Part shown: one piece after another, positions 1 to 9,875 of the stretch
Layout of the letters: the number at the start of each line of letters is the position of its first letter
Numbering within the stretch: position 1 is the first letter of the stretch
Origin: Acidobacteriota bacterium
GTDB taxonomy: Bacteria; Acidobacteriota; UBA6911; RPQK01; JADFOI01
Reading direction: 5' to 3'
NCBI GenBank assembly: GCA_963663035.1
Contig: OY760074.1
Coordinates: forward strand, 3,424,001-3,488,000
DNA length: 64,000 nucleotides
Made by a program: the position numbers and the translations under genes
Notes under the pieces: model-generated
Told to the model about the DNA's origin: nothing
What the model saw: only the letters and a program-made list of their open reading frames with translations
The model's database searches: none

Positions 1-2
1 AC

Positions 3-1016
3 AAGTGCAACCGCTTCAATTTCCCAAACACTCATCCTCTGGATATTACAGAAGGGGAGCAGGAATTTCTGGAGAAGGCCGATGTCATTCTGGCACTCGA
101 TGTCCAGGATCTTTACGGCTCGCTAACAACTTCAAGCAAGACCACCCGCAAGACCGCGTACCAGGCGAATCCGGAAGCGAAAATTGTCCACATCTCTCTC
201 AACGATATGCTCGTTCACAGTTGGGCAGGAGATTATCAACGCTTGCCGGCCGTCGATGTTCCCATCAGCGCCGATACCTCGGTTGCTTTGCCTGAGCTGA
301 TTCGCCTGTGCCGACAAGAGCTGGAATCCAACCGGAAAAGCAAGGTAGACCGAGAGGCGCGATTCAATGAGGTGAAAAAAGTACATGAGAGCCTGAGGAG
401 AAAGTGGATTGAGCAGACCCAGGCGAGTACTCGCGGGGAGGAGATCTCCACGGCTTTTCTGGCCCATGAGCTCTGGGAAGTGATCAAGTCAGAAGACTGG
501 GTGCTGGTTAACGGCACCGCCAGAGGCTGGGCGCGGAGGCTTTGGGACTGGACAAGGCCGTACCAGTACCTGGGAGCAAGTGGGGGGGAAGGGGTTGGGT
601 ACGGCATCAGTGCCTCCCTGGGAGCCGCCTTAGCTCATCTCGGGACCGACAGGGTCTGTGTGGACATACAGGCGGATGGCGATCTGCTGATGTCGCCCAG
701 TGCACTCTGGACTGCTGCCCACCACCAGATCCCACTTCTCATCGTCGTCCACAATAACCGGTCGTTCTACAATTCTGAGGAGCACGCCCTGAAGATCGCA
801 AAGTTTCGCGGGCGACCGGTGGAGAATGCCGGGATTGGAACCCATCTGGATGACCCTCCTGTCAATTTTGCCGAGATGGCCAGATCTTTTGGTGTACATG
901 GAGAGGGTCCGATAAACAGGCACGAAGAACTACGCCCGGCTCTTGAAAGGGCTCTGCAACTGGTCAAGGAAAAGAGAGTCCCAGCGTTGGTTGATGTGAT
1001 TTCTGAACCCAGGTGA
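3..1016 (+). CDS. Thiamine pyrophosphate-dependent enzyme (acetolactate synthase/benzoylformate decarboxylase superfamily), 5'-truncated by the window edge
   Basis: Frame is open from position 3 (KCNRFNFPNTHPLD...) into ORF 207..1016. TPP-binding motif ADGDLLM...VVHNN; C-terminus PALVDVIS. Confidence 0.85.
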   Translation, partial: KCNRFNFPNTHPLDITEGEQEFLEKADVILALDVQDLYGSLTTSSKTTRKTAYQANPEAKIVHISLNDMLVHSWAGDYQRLPAVDVPISADTSVALPELIRLCRQELESNRKSKVDREARFNEVKKVHESLRRKWIEQTQASTRGEEISTAFLAHELWEVIKSEDWVLVNGTARGWARRLWDWTRPYQYLGASGGEGVGYGISASLGAALAHLGTDRVCVDIQADGDLLMSPSALWTAAHHQIPLLIVVHNNRSFYNSEEHALKIAKFRGRPVENAGIGTHLDDPPVNFAEMARSFGVHGEGPINRHEELRPALERALQLVKEKRVPALVDVISEPR

Positions 1017-1057
1017 GATTCAGGCTGTGTGCTTCACCCGAATTTCTCAGACCCGCG

Positions 1058-1087
1058 CTAGCCCGGATTATGCATAATCCGGGCTAG
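1058..1087. repeat. Perfect 30-bp palindrome CTAGCCCGGATTATGCATAATCCGGGCTAG (MITE-end-like repeat family)
   Basis: Exact self reverse-complement between convergent genes; related half copies at 12181, 33113 and 39669. Confidence 0.9.
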
Positions 1088-1116
1088 TGCATTGGCGCCA
1101 TGATCCTCGCCTACTG

Positions 1117-1737
1117 CTAGCGGGGTCCGAAATGCCGGGCCAGATACTCTGTGACGACCCGTTCCTCGTCCGCGGCTATCGTCGCGCCGAGTGTTCGCAT
1201 CCTTCGAATCGTTTCCACCCACAGCTCTTTTGATTGCCGGGGCTTTGTGGTGACCTCCACTGCATGGCAGGTGAGACACCGCTCCATGAGCACGCTGCGG
1301 CCGCTGCCCTCGGGGAGCACTTCTGCCGACATCGGTGAAACCGGTGAGCGGTCCTCCGTCTGGCCGGCTGGCGAAGCCTGTGTCGGTGATTGAGGACCAT
1401 ACGTTGCTGCCAGATAACTGACCATGGGCTCGATTTCGTCAGGCATCACTTGAGCGCCCCGACCGATCATGCTCTGGACCGTGTCGCGCCACCAATCGGC
1501 AGTCTTTCTCTGAAGCAAGACGGGCCGGAGTCCGTGGCACTGGACACACGCTTTGCCCATGGCCTCCATCCCTTTCGTCTGCTGTGCATCCGGTTCCTGA
1601 TTGGAGCCAAACGTGCCGACCGCAGCAGCCCGAGGGTCCTGGAGGTTCCAGAGCACGGTCAAGAGCACCACCACAACGGCCGCTCGGCATGTGAACACCT
1701 GCCGGCCAGACCTCGCAGCAATTCTCTTCTTAGTCAA
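1117..1737 (-). CDS. Exported dihaem c-type cytochrome
   Basis: Hydrophobic N-terminal signal. Two CxxCH motifs (CVQCH, CLTCH) in two similar small domains each followed by W..TV/TI..M...GA. TTG start with GAGGAG RBS. Confidence 0.85.
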   Translation of the reverse strand: MTKKRIAARSGRQVFTCRAAVVVVLLTVLWNLQDPRAAAVGTFGSNQEPDAQQTKGMEAMGKACVQCHGLRPVLLQRKTADWWRDTVQSMIGRGAQVMPDEIEPMVSYLAATYGPQSPTQASPAGQTEDRSPVSPMSAEVLPEGSGRSVLMERCLTCHAVEVTTKPRQSKELWVETIRRMRTLGATIAADEERVVTEYLARHFGPR

Positions 1738-1750
1738 GATGCTACTCCTC

Positions 1751-3628
1751 CTAGCTTTTTCGTCTCATTTCGGCGATGGACACTTGGGGATGCCAAGTGT
1801 TCTCATGGAGTATTCCGTCTCGCGCCACTTCAACATCGAGCACAAACGGCTTACCTCCCCGCATTTGCCTGATGGCCCTTTGCAGAGCCGGAGCGAGGTC
1901 TCCCGGATTCGCCACTTTCTCGCCCTGGATCCCGTAACCCGCGGCAATCTTCGTGAAGTCGACATCCGGGCTGCCCAGATAGCTGGTCATGTCTTTCTGC
2001 TCCTGGTACTGGGACCCCCCGTAGCCCAGGTTGCGATTCCGCGTTTCGTTGTAACTGTGGTTGTTGAGAACCACCACCAGAAGGGGTGCGCTGTAGCGGG
2101 ATATGCTCCAGAAGGTCTCCGTCTGACCGAACAGGATGCCCCCGTCGCCCTGCAGGGCCACGACCTGTCGGTCCGGCAACCCAAGCTGCACACCAAAAGC
2201 CGCGCCCACGCCCCAACCCAGCTGACCACTTTCCGTGCGTCCAAGCCGCAACTTGTTGTCAGGGCCGAAGTTCATGAGCCCTAACAGTTTTTGCTCCTGG
2301 CTCCCCAGTTCCGGGACGACCACAGCATCTTGGTCCAACGCCGTTTCGAGCTCGTACCCAAGTCGTTCCCAGGAAATGGGCGACTGATCGAAGCGACCCT
2401 TGAGACTGGCCTGTCGCGCCTGTCGCATCAACTGTGTGAACGAGTTGACCTCCTGAAAACGACGGGAGCGGATTGTCTCCAAGCGGGCGGAAGTCAACAG
2501 GCCATCGACAGCTTCCGACAGATCTTCAATCGTGGCACCGACGTCCGCCAGTATGGGGAGGTGAGTGCGAGCCTCCATTTGGAGCTGGCCGGGATCGGAG
2601 GACACGTGAGCCACTCTCGTTTCCGGGGAGGGAGGCCGGTTGTTAGGACGGGCCCCGAAGTTTATGAACAGGTCGATGTTTTCTGGGAAGCGCATGGGTG
2701 AGAGGTAGTTGCTGAGGAAGAGTGGATGCTGGGTGGGGAAGTCACATAACAAGGCGTTATTCCGACGCGATTGGCAAACAGGTACCGCCAACTTCTCAGC
2801 CAGCGCCTGAATCGCCCTGTTGGCGCCGGCCCGGCTCACTTCGCGTCCCACCACGAACAGCGGGTTGCGGGCTTCCACCAGCGACCGGGCAAGGCTGTCG
2901 ACGGTAGCAGAGGGGGCGCGAAAGACGGCGCGGCCTTTGAGCGAAGGATCCATTCGGTGGATGGCGGCCTTGACCTTCTGCCTTGCCACCCTGCCGGGAA
3001 AGATCAAGGTGACAGGCGCACCCGGAGGCCCCGCCGCAGTTTTCATGGCCCGGCGCAGGATGGCGGGCACCGTTTCAGCGTCCTCGCATTCCCAATCCCA
3101 TGCTGAGAAATGCGACACTGGATCCAGCGATTTGCCATCCTCGAAACTGATGATCAGAGGTGTACCATCGTCCCAGGCGTTGTGCAGGTTGCTAACAGCA
3201 TTGTCTATTCCGTTAGAACTCCCGATGAAAAACGCCATCTCACCTGTGGCCAGGGCGTAGCCTTCTGCCGTGGAGACCGCCTGCCCCTCGTGGGTGACCA
3301 TGATGACCTGCATGTCGGACGAATCGGCGACCGTGTCCATGATCGCGTCCACTCCCGAGGTGTTGGAGTGGATAATGTACTTCACTCCCGCGGCCTTCAA
3401 TTGCTCCACCAATAAGGAGCCAGCAGTACCTTCAGCCATCCGAACTGTTTCATCCCTGGCGGGTGCCTGGCTGGCTGCACGTTCCTGCTGCACAGAAGCC
3501 AGTAGAGACTCTGCGGCCGCGCTGCTCACTCCCAGAGCAGTCACGGCTTGAATGAAGTCTCTCCTGGAAGTTTTCATGGAAAGGTACTGGTCCAATTTTT
3601 GGTTTATTGACTTATTTATCTTGTTCAT
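1751..3628 (-). CDS. TPP-dependent enzyme (benzoylformate decarboxylase-like) with twin-arginine motif
   Basis: N-terminal SRRDFIQ plus hydrophobic stretch; THE catalytic Glu motif; QGDGG...LNN TPP motif. Confidence 0.85.
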   Translation of the reverse strand: MNKINKSINQKLDQYLSMKTSRRDFIQAVTALGVSSAAAESLLASVQQERAASQAPARDETVRMAEGTAGSLLVEQLKAAGVKYIIHSNTSGVDAIMDTVADSSDMQVIMVTHEGQAVSTAEGYALATGEMAFFIGSSNGIDNAVSNLHNAWDDGTPLIISFEDGKSLDPVSHFSAWDWECEDAETVPAILRRAMKTAAGPPGAPVTLIFPGRVARQKVKAAIHRMDPSLKGRAVFRAPSATVDSLARSLVEARNPLFVVGREVSRAGANRAIQALAEKLAVPVCQSRRNNALLCDFPTQHPLFLSNYLSPMRFPENIDLFINFGARPNNRPPSPETRVAHVSSDPGQLQMEARTHLPILADVGATIEDLSEAVDGLLTSARLETIRSRRFQEVNSFTQLMRQARQASLKGRFDQSPISWERLGYELETALDQDAVVVPELGSQEQKLLGLMNFGPDNKLRLGRTESGQLGWGVGAAFGVQLGLPDRQVVALQGDGGILFGQTETFWSISRYSAPLLVVVLNNHSYNETRNRNLGYGGSQYQEQKDMTSYLGSPDVDFTKIAAGYGIQGEKVANPGDLAPALQRAIRQMRGGKPFVLDVEVARDGILHENTWHPQVSIAEMRRKS

Positions 3629-3820
3629 CTTTCCTCCTCCTTTTCTTCCCTTCTGTGTCTTGATCCTATCCTAATATTGTGCAACCTATTAATATAGTGC
3701 AATCTCTAATTGAAAGGCTATTTGCCGACATTCGAATCGGGATAGCACATGGATCCATTCAATCACTTGCTTCAGTCAAGGGAAATGTGGTCTGTTCCCA
3801 CATTTCCATCGTGCGTGTCA

Positions 3821-4798
3821 CTAACCTTCGTAGTCCTGGGCGACGGCCAGAGGAGGCTGACCTTCCAAAACCCGTTTCATGTTTTGATAGGCGAACTCTC
3901 CGCGGCGGCACCAGGTATTCCAGGTCGTGCCCGCGCTGTGAGGAGTGACGATGACGTTTTCCATCTCGAGGAGGAGGTTGTCCCGTTCCACTGGCTCCTT
4001 TTCGAAGACGTCCAGACCGGCCCCGGCGATCCGGCCGTCTTTTAAGGCTTCAATGAGGGCCGCCTCGTCAATGACTGCTCCCCGGCTGGTGTTGATGAGG
4101 ACAGCAGTGGATTTCATCAGTGCCAGGCATTCCCGGTTGACCAGGTGATGGGTCTCAGGAGTCAGAGGTGTGTGGCAGGAGATAATGTCTGAGGAGCCCA
4201 ACAGTTCCTCCAGGGATACCCTCTCGACGTTGAGCTCTCGCTCACGTTCCGGTGTGAGTGGGTATTTGTCGTGGTATTGGACTTTAACCTGGAAGGCCTG
4301 AACCCGACGGGCCACCTTCAAGCCGATGTTGCCGATTCCCACCAGGCCAACCAGCTTGCCAGCCATTTCGAAGGTGTTGAACCCGTCAATGGGGGCTTTC
4401 CAACGGCCCTCTCGTGTGGCCCGGTCGCTCAGGATGAGACGTCTGTAGAGAGCAAGCATCAGCAGCACGGTGTGGTCGGCCACGGCCCAGGAGTTGGCGC
4501 CCCCGTTGTTGGCGCAGGGAATCCCCAGTTCGCCCATCAGCTCGAGGTTCATACGGTCGTATCCTGCCGCCAGCAGCTGAACCAGACGGACCTTGGAAGC
4601 CGCTCGCAGCAGGCCCTCCGTCAGCCCCGCCCGGTACACCATCAGGAAGTCAGCGTCTTTTACGGCTTCCATCTGTTCTTCCTCAGATTGCCCTCCCTCA
4701 AGGGCGATGGTGCTGAAACCATCGGGCGCGCAGGAAGTGATCAGATCCACGAGTGGTTGATTCAACCCGTGAATGAACACCACTTTTGCTTTTGTCAT
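3821..4798 (-). CDS. D-isomer-specific 2-hydroxyacid dehydrogenase
   Basis: GLVGIGNIG Rossmann motif, INTSRG, GLDVF, TPHSAG. Confidence 0.9.
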   Translation of the reverse strand: MTKAKVVFIHGLNQPLVDLITSCAPDGFSTIALEGGQSEEEQMEAVKDADFLMVYRAGLTEGLLRAASKVRLVQLLAAGYDRMNLELMGELGIPCANNGGANSWAVADHTVLLMLALYRRLILSDRATREGRWKAPIDGFNTFEMAGKLVGLVGIGNIGLKVARRVQAFQVKVQYHDKYPLTPERERELNVERVSLEELLGSSDIISCHTPLTPETHHLVNRECLALMKSTAVLINTSRGAVIDEAALIEALKDGRIAGAGLDVFEKEPVERDNLLLEMENVIVTPHSAGTTWNTWCRRGEFAYQNMKRVLEGQPPLAVAQDYEG

Positions 4799-4870
4799 GT
4801 GCCCAGTTTTCCTGCCCACTGTACCGTTTGTTTCCCTTACTCTACCATGAGAGAATGCCGCTTGAATATC

Positions 4871-7045
4871 ATGCGGTTGACCATACTGTTGATTCTTTTC
4901 CAGACGGGCTTAATGGCTCAGCAAGAGCAGCCTGCCGGGGGGCAGCACGGGAACAGATCGCTTCGCATCCACCAGATCACTGAAGCTCCCACCCTGGATG
5001 GAGTCCTGAATGAGCAGATGTGGAGAGATGCGCCTGTGACCGGTGATTTCCTGCAAAGGGATCCCAGCGAAGGACTGCCGGCAAGCGAGAAGACCGAGGT
5101 TCTAGCCCTTTACGACGACCAAAACCTTTACTTTGGAATCAGATGCTTTGACAGCCAGGCAGAGGGAATTCTGGCCACAGAGCTGAGGCGGGATAACGGC
5201 TTTGTCAATGATGACAGTTTTGCCATCATCCTGGACACCTTCCACGACCACCGAAACGCTTTTTTGTTCCGAATTAACCCCAGAGGGACCCAATACGATG
5301 CGCTGATCACCGAGGAAGGCCGGGTCGTTAACCAAAGCTGGGACGAAACGTGGGAAGTCGAGGCCAACATGGATGAGGAAGGCTGGTCGGCCGAAATCAA
5401 GATTCCGCTGAAATCTATCCGTTTTACCGCCTCCGGAGAGAACCCTATCTTTGGAATTGACTTTGAGCGAGTCATCCGGCGCAAGAACGAGTTCAGCAAC
5501 TGGAATAACTACAGGCGGGGTTTTAGCTTTCAGCAGATCTCTCAGGGAGGACATTTAACGGGAGTTGAAGTGGATGCGGGAGTCCAGCTTCGAGTCAAGC
5601 CCTTTCTCAATACCCGGGTGCTCACGCGGGGACAGGAAGAGCGAAGCACCATTGTGTTGGGAGACATCGGGCTGGAGGATTTGAAATACCCGCTGACGTC
5701 AAGTCTTACGGTGGAGCTGACGGCCAATACGGATTTTGCCCAGACCGAGGTGGATAACCAGGTCATCAACTTTGACCGCGTGTCGCTTTTCTTTCCGGAA
5801 AAGAGAGACTTCTTCCTGGAAGGAGCCGGCATCTTTGATTTCGGCACGGTGCGAAGCGAGTCATCGACGGAAATAAAACTTTACCACAGCAGGAGAATCG
5901 GGCTTTCCAGTGGTCAGGCCATCCCCATACTGGTGGGGGGTAAGGTGAGCGGCAAGCTGGGAGACAAATACACTGTAGGATTTTTGGAAGTTCAAACGGT
6001 TGATTTCCAGGGCAAACCCGGCGACAATTTTGCTGTTTTCCGGCTGAAGCGAGATCTTTTCTCTCGCTCTTCCATTGGAATGTCGCTCACCAATCGGCAA
6101 GCCGAAGGGGGAGACTTCAACCGTGTATTTGGGGTCGATCAAAACCTGGTCTTTTTTGAACACCTGAAGCTTACCGGGATGGTGTCCAAGTCCTTCACCG
6201 ATGGCGTGCAGGACAAGGAGTGGATTGGAGCGGTGGCCGGCGCCTGGCAGGATGATTTATTCGACATCGGCATGGACTACTGGGTCAAAGAGGAAAATTT
6301 CGAGGCCGATTTGGGTTTCCTGGCCAAAAAGGGGGGGATGCGTAAGTATGTTCCGCACTTTCTTTTTACGCCCCGCCCCAACAGTGAAACGATTCGTCAG
6401 TTCCGGTGGGGAGTCCGCTATGATAATTTTCGACGTCTGGGGGAGGACCGGCCTGAATCGGAGATGGTTCACATCCTGAACATCACAAGCTTTGAAAGTG
6501 GAAGTACTTTTCGAGGCTCCCCTCATTACCAGATCGAAGATGTCAAAGCCGACTTTTCTTTGCCGGGTGGACTGGTCGTCCCTCCCGGACACTACAGCTG
6601 GTGGCGTCTACCCCTGACCTATGTCTTCAATCCCGCCCGAAAGTTCAGCGGCAGCTTTGGATACCGGTTTGAACCGGACTTTTACGGAGAAGGCGGCAAA
6701 CGCCACAGATTCCAGATCAATCCTGTCCTGAAGCTGGGCAGCAACTTTTCAACTTCGATCAGTTATACCTTTTTTGACGTTCAGCTCTCGGGAGGCGAGG
6801 CGGTCAAATTTCACCAGGTAAACAACCGCTTCAATCTTTCCCTGAGCCGGAAATGGCTGACCAGCACGCTGGTCCAATACAACAGCACCAGTGATTTGAT
6901 CGGGATCAATTTCCGGCTGAACTACATCTATCGCCCGGGCGATGATCTGTTTATTGTTTTCAATGATTTTCGCAATCGCAGCGAGCCAGTGACGGAGCTC
7001 GATCGCTCCTTGACCGTGAAACTCACCCACTCCTTCGAATTTTGA
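4871..7045 (+). CDS. DUF5916 / CBM9-like domain protein, probable outer-membrane beta-barrel
   Basis: Signal peptide MRLTILLILFQTGLMA (ORF track start at 4271 overlaps the opposite gene). LDGVLNE..W CBM9-like start; NTDFAQ.E.D and FFPEKRDFFLEG motifs; terminal Phe. Confidence 0.85.
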   Translation: MRLTILLILFQTGLMAQQEQPAGGQHGNRSLRIHQITEAPTLDGVLNEQMWRDAPVTGDFLQRDPSEGLPASEKTEVLALYDDQNLYFGIRCFDSQAEGILATELRRDNGFVNDDSFAIILDTFHDHRNAFLFRINPRGTQYDALITEEGRVVNQSWDETWEVEANMDEEGWSAEIKIPLKSIRFTASGENPIFGIDFERVIRRKNEFSNWNNYRRGFSFQQISQGGHLTGVEVDAGVQLRVKPFLNTRVLTRGQEERSTIVLGDIGLEDLKYPLTSSLTVELTANTDFAQTEVDNQVINFDRVSLFFPEKRDFFLEGAGIFDFGTVRSESSTEIKLYHSRRIGLSSGQAIPILVGGKVSGKLGDKYTVGFLEVQTVDFQGKPGDNFAVFRLKRDLFSRSSIGMSLTNRQAEGGDFNRVFGVDQNLVFFEHLKLTGMVSKSFTDGVQDKEWIGAVAGAWQDDLFDIGMDYWVKEENFEADLGFLAKKGGMRKYVPHFLFTPRPNSETIRQFRWGVRYDNFRRLGEDRPESEMVHILNITSFESGSTFRGSPHYQIEDVKADFSLPGGLVVPPGHYSWWRLPLTYVFNPARKFSGSFGYRFEPDFYGEGGKRHRFQINPVLKLGSNFSTSISYTFFDVQLSGGEAVKFHQVNNRFNLSLSRKWLTSTLVQYNSTSDLIGINFRLNYIYRPGDDLFIVFNDFRNRSEPVTELDRSLTVKLTHSFEF

Positions 7046-7068
7046 AGGGTGGAAGCGAAATCTTGCTG

Positions 7069-7773
7069 TCACTCCAGTTTGGCGAGTTTTCCTGAATAGT
7101 ACCCAAAGAAGTGATCCAGGATGTGGTCGTCTGGATACTTCTCTCTATCAGTCATGCTCTCGGTGGGGATGGGGGTGGGTGTCCCCAGAATTGAGGCCAA
7201 TACCTGGGTCTTGGCAGCTTTCTCAAGAGTCAGGGTTGTAATCAGCGTCTCTTCGATGCTCTTGCCCACCACGAATGCTCCATGACCCTTATGCATAATG
7301 GCGCGCGCGTTTCCGAGTTGCTGGGCCATCCTCTCTCCCATCTCATTGGTTCCCACATAGAGGGGATACTCTTCGTAGATGGGAACTCCCTCAAAAAAAA
7401 GGCATCCATCACGGGCGATGGGTAATATGCTCTTTCCGGCAGCGGCCAGTACATTCGCGTAGGGAGGGTGACAGTGAGCCATACACTTGACATCTTTCCT
7501 GGAGCGGAACACGGCGGTATACACGTAGTACTCGCCCATTGGCTCTGGATGCTTGCCCTCCACAACGTTCCCGTCAAAATCCATGATGACGATGTCATCC
7601 TCTTGCACATCCGCAATGCCCTTCCCAGAATCGTGGATGTGTCCGGGTATGAGGACCTTGTCGCCGTCTGGATGCAGCCAGCACATGTGCCCAAGCCCTC
7701 TGTCAGTGGCCCCTTCCATGTCAATGATCCGGCAGCTTCTGGCCAGTTTTTCCTTCACTTCAGCCAAGTTCAT
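7069..7773 (-). CDS. Class II aldolase/adducin family protein
   Basis: HCHPPY and HKGHG metal-binding motifs. Confidence 0.85.
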   Translation of the reverse strand: MNLAEVKEKLARSCRIIDMEGATDRGLGHMCWLHPDGDKVLIPGHIHDSGKGIADVQEDDIVIMDFDGNVVEGKHPEPMGEYYVYTAVFRSRKDVKCMAHCHPPYANVLAAAGKSILPIARDGCLFFEGVPIYEEYPLYVGTNEMGERMAQQLGNARAIMHKGHGAFVVGKSIEETLITTLTLEKAAKTQVLASILGTPTPIPTESMTDREKYPDDHILDHFFGYYSGKLAKLE

Positions 7774-7820
7774 AAGCTCTCTCTTCCTTTCTTTTTCCCT
7801 CTATTTCCTGATCCGCGCTC

Positions 7821-7849
7821 ACCATAAGGCTATCCGCTGGCCTTGTCAA
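7821..7849 (-). promoter_or_regulatory. sigma70-type promoter for the aldolase gene
   Basis: TTGACA-N17-TATGGT on the minus strand. Confidence 0.6.
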
Positions 7850-7901
7850 CTCAAGCCCCGCTGCCCAGTGGCTAAGCGGGAGGTGGTAGATCAAGGTTCC
7901 C

Positions 7902-7930
7902 TTGACAGAATTGCCTGTCATCCCTAAACT
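7902..7930 (+). promoter_or_regulatory. sigma70-type promoter for the hydrolase/cohesin/amidohydrolase operon
   Basis: TTGACA-N17-TAAACT; the -35 overlaps the inverted repeat TGACAG-N6-CTGTCA. Confidence 0.65.
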
Positions 7931-8047
7931 GGACCCATTGAAATCTAGGCGCAGCCGACCTTTGGCTCTCAAACTCGGATGTCGAAGACACAGACAGAAG
8001 GATCGTCTCAATTCTTTAATACTCACTTGCAGGAAAGGACGACTGAT

Positions 8048-9853
8048 ATGCCAGGAATAAAGGATCGGTGGTTTGTTTTACTCTTATCCATGAGTGCATT
8101 GCTGGTCTTGACGACAGGGCTGACCAGTTTGCAGGCAGCGACTCCTCTGGATGCGGATTGCAGTGACTATATTGGTCCCGAATTGATGGTTCATGGTAAG
8201 AGCGTCGGGCCCAAAACATGCAACATTGCTGAGGAGAAGAGTATTCAGAATGTCCAGGGTGTGCCATATCGTCGACTGGAAGTCGAGGTCAGTGGCAATA
8301 TCGCGGGTTACACGGCCAAAGCGGCTCCTCGCGTCGAGATGCTGACCGATGTCCCTGAGTTTACGGCTCAGAGGGGCAACCTGGGACCCTTTTTCCACGG
8401 CATCGGTGTCTATTACGCAGAGAAAGGGTCCGGAATGACGATCTTTATGCCGGAGTCCTCTGACGACTGGAATGGGAAGCTCTTTGTCCTGGTTCATGGC
8501 TCTGGTTCCTATGGTACCGTTGGCGATCTTGTTCCCAGAAAACCCGATCAATACAACCCCTTGATGGGAGACAACTCCTACGCCGGCCTGATGATTGACA
8601 AGGGTTATGCGGTCGCCTACACCAGCCGTCCTGCCGCGGGGGCGAGTTCTGCAGATGAGCAGGTGACTCTGGATGGTGGTGAGGTGACCCTGGATGGGAA
8701 AAGTTTTGGGTATCACTTGGGCATCATTCGAGACTGGACACAGATCGCTAAGAATCTCCTCGAATCCCAGCTCGGCCAAAAGCCTTCTCGAACCTACCTC
8801 TACGGTCATTCAGCTGGGGCAAGTATAGGACGTCTCTTTAATTATTCTCCTGGTAAGAATCTCGACGCCGATGGTGAGAAAGTCTTTGATGGAATGCTGT
8901 TGGACGATGCGGGTGGCGGATGGTATTGGCCAGTCCAGTACTTCGTGCGCACCGAAGACACCGGAGAGCAGTTTCTCCTGAAGCGAGACGATCGAGATCA
9001 CCTGCAATTTGATGAGGCCCACAAGAAGAACTTTGCTCTCCAGATTGACATTGCACACCAGGCCTATGCCGGCGCAGGATTTGTCATTGGGGAGTATCTT
9101 TCCGTCAAGCGAGAAAATGAGCGCCTTCTCCGCGAGAAGGGGTTGGGCGCACTGAGCAGAACTTACGAAATCGTCGGGGTTAGCCACGCTGATTCCGGAA
9201 GCATCTGGCCCCGCGAAACCTACACCCAAAATCTGGACTTGAGCGGACTCTATGACGCGGTGATTGATGTTCTGGATCAGTGGGTGGAAGAGGGTGTCGA
9301 GCCTGGCCCGAGCCGATCCGATGACTACCTTTTGGGTGACGTCGACGGAGACGGACAGCTCGAGAATGCAGCTGTGGCCCTGCCTGAGATCGCTTGTCCC
9401 ACGGGAGTGTATTATGAGTTTCCAGAGGGTGTCCGCAGTCCTGGTCGCACCGGCTTTGCAGCCTATCTGAGTACTCCCCAGCGTCCTCTCAATGCTGACA
9501 CCACAACGATTCCGGACGACTTTGACGAGAACTGGCTTGAGCCACTGGACAGCCGGGGATACCTTCTCGACATGAACAATAACCATGTCCGCGATACCCG
9601 GCCCAGTATCACCCAGGCTTGGCAAAGACGGGCCAGAGAGGGCAAAGAGTCTGGGACCCTGGGATTCGATGAAGCACTGACTCATCACCGCTACGTGAGC
9701 TGCGTCTCCAGGGTTGCCTCCCAGCTCTTTGAGCAAAAGCTGCTGGGCAGTAGCGCTGTACTGCATTACATCCAAACGGCCATGGATTCCGATATCGGAC
9801 GAGGGACTTCCGCTCAGGCAGGCGGTCTCGTTATTGGACATGACCCTCGTTGA
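8048..9853 (+). CDS. Exported alpha/beta-hydrolase (tannase/feruloyl-esterase-like)
   Basis: Signal peptide, WNGKLFVLVHG, nucleophile elbow YGHSAG, VSH His motif; AGGAAAGGA RBS before ATG 8048. Confidence 0.75.
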   Translation: MPGIKDRWFVLLLSMSALLVLTTGLTSLQAATPLDADCSDYIGPELMVHGKSVGPKTCNIAEEKSIQNVQGVPYRRLEVEVSGNIAGYTAKAAPRVEMLTDVPEFTAQRGNLGPFFHGIGVYYAEKGSGMTIFMPESSDDWNGKLFVLVHGSGSYGTVGDLVPRKPDQYNPLMGDNSYAGLMIDKGYAVAYTSRPAAGASSADEQVTLDGGEVTLDGKSFGYHLGIIRDWTQIAKNLLESQLGQKPSRTYLYGHSAGASIGRLFNYSPGKNLDADGEKVFDGMLLDDAGGGWYWPVQYFVRTEDTGEQFLLKRDDRDHLQFDEAHKKNFALQIDIAHQAYAGAGFVIGEYLSVKRENERLLREKGLGALSRTYEIVGVSHADSGSIWPRETYTQNLDLSGLYDAVIDVLDQWVEEGVEPGPSRSDDYLLGDVDGDGQLENAAVALPEIACPTGVYYEFPEGVRSPGRTGFAAYLSTPQRPLNADTTTIPDDFDENWLEPLDSRGYLLDMNNNHVRDTRPSITQAWQRRAREGKESGTLGFDEALTHHRYVSCVSRVASQLFEQKLLGSSAVLHYIQTAMDSDIGRGTSAQAGGLVIGHDPR

Positions 9854-9875
9854 GACATGAAGGGAAAGTAACAGT

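Noticed and set aside
3660-3720. AT-rich stretch with a GTGCAA direct repeat upstream of the Tat-TPP gene
   Set aside because: It is probably a promoter or operator region, but no motif can be assigned with confidence.
4271-4870. 200-aa N-terminal extension of the first DUF5916 ORF
   Set aside because: It is antisense to the 2-hydroxyacid dehydrogenase gene, and the signal peptide begins at 4871.
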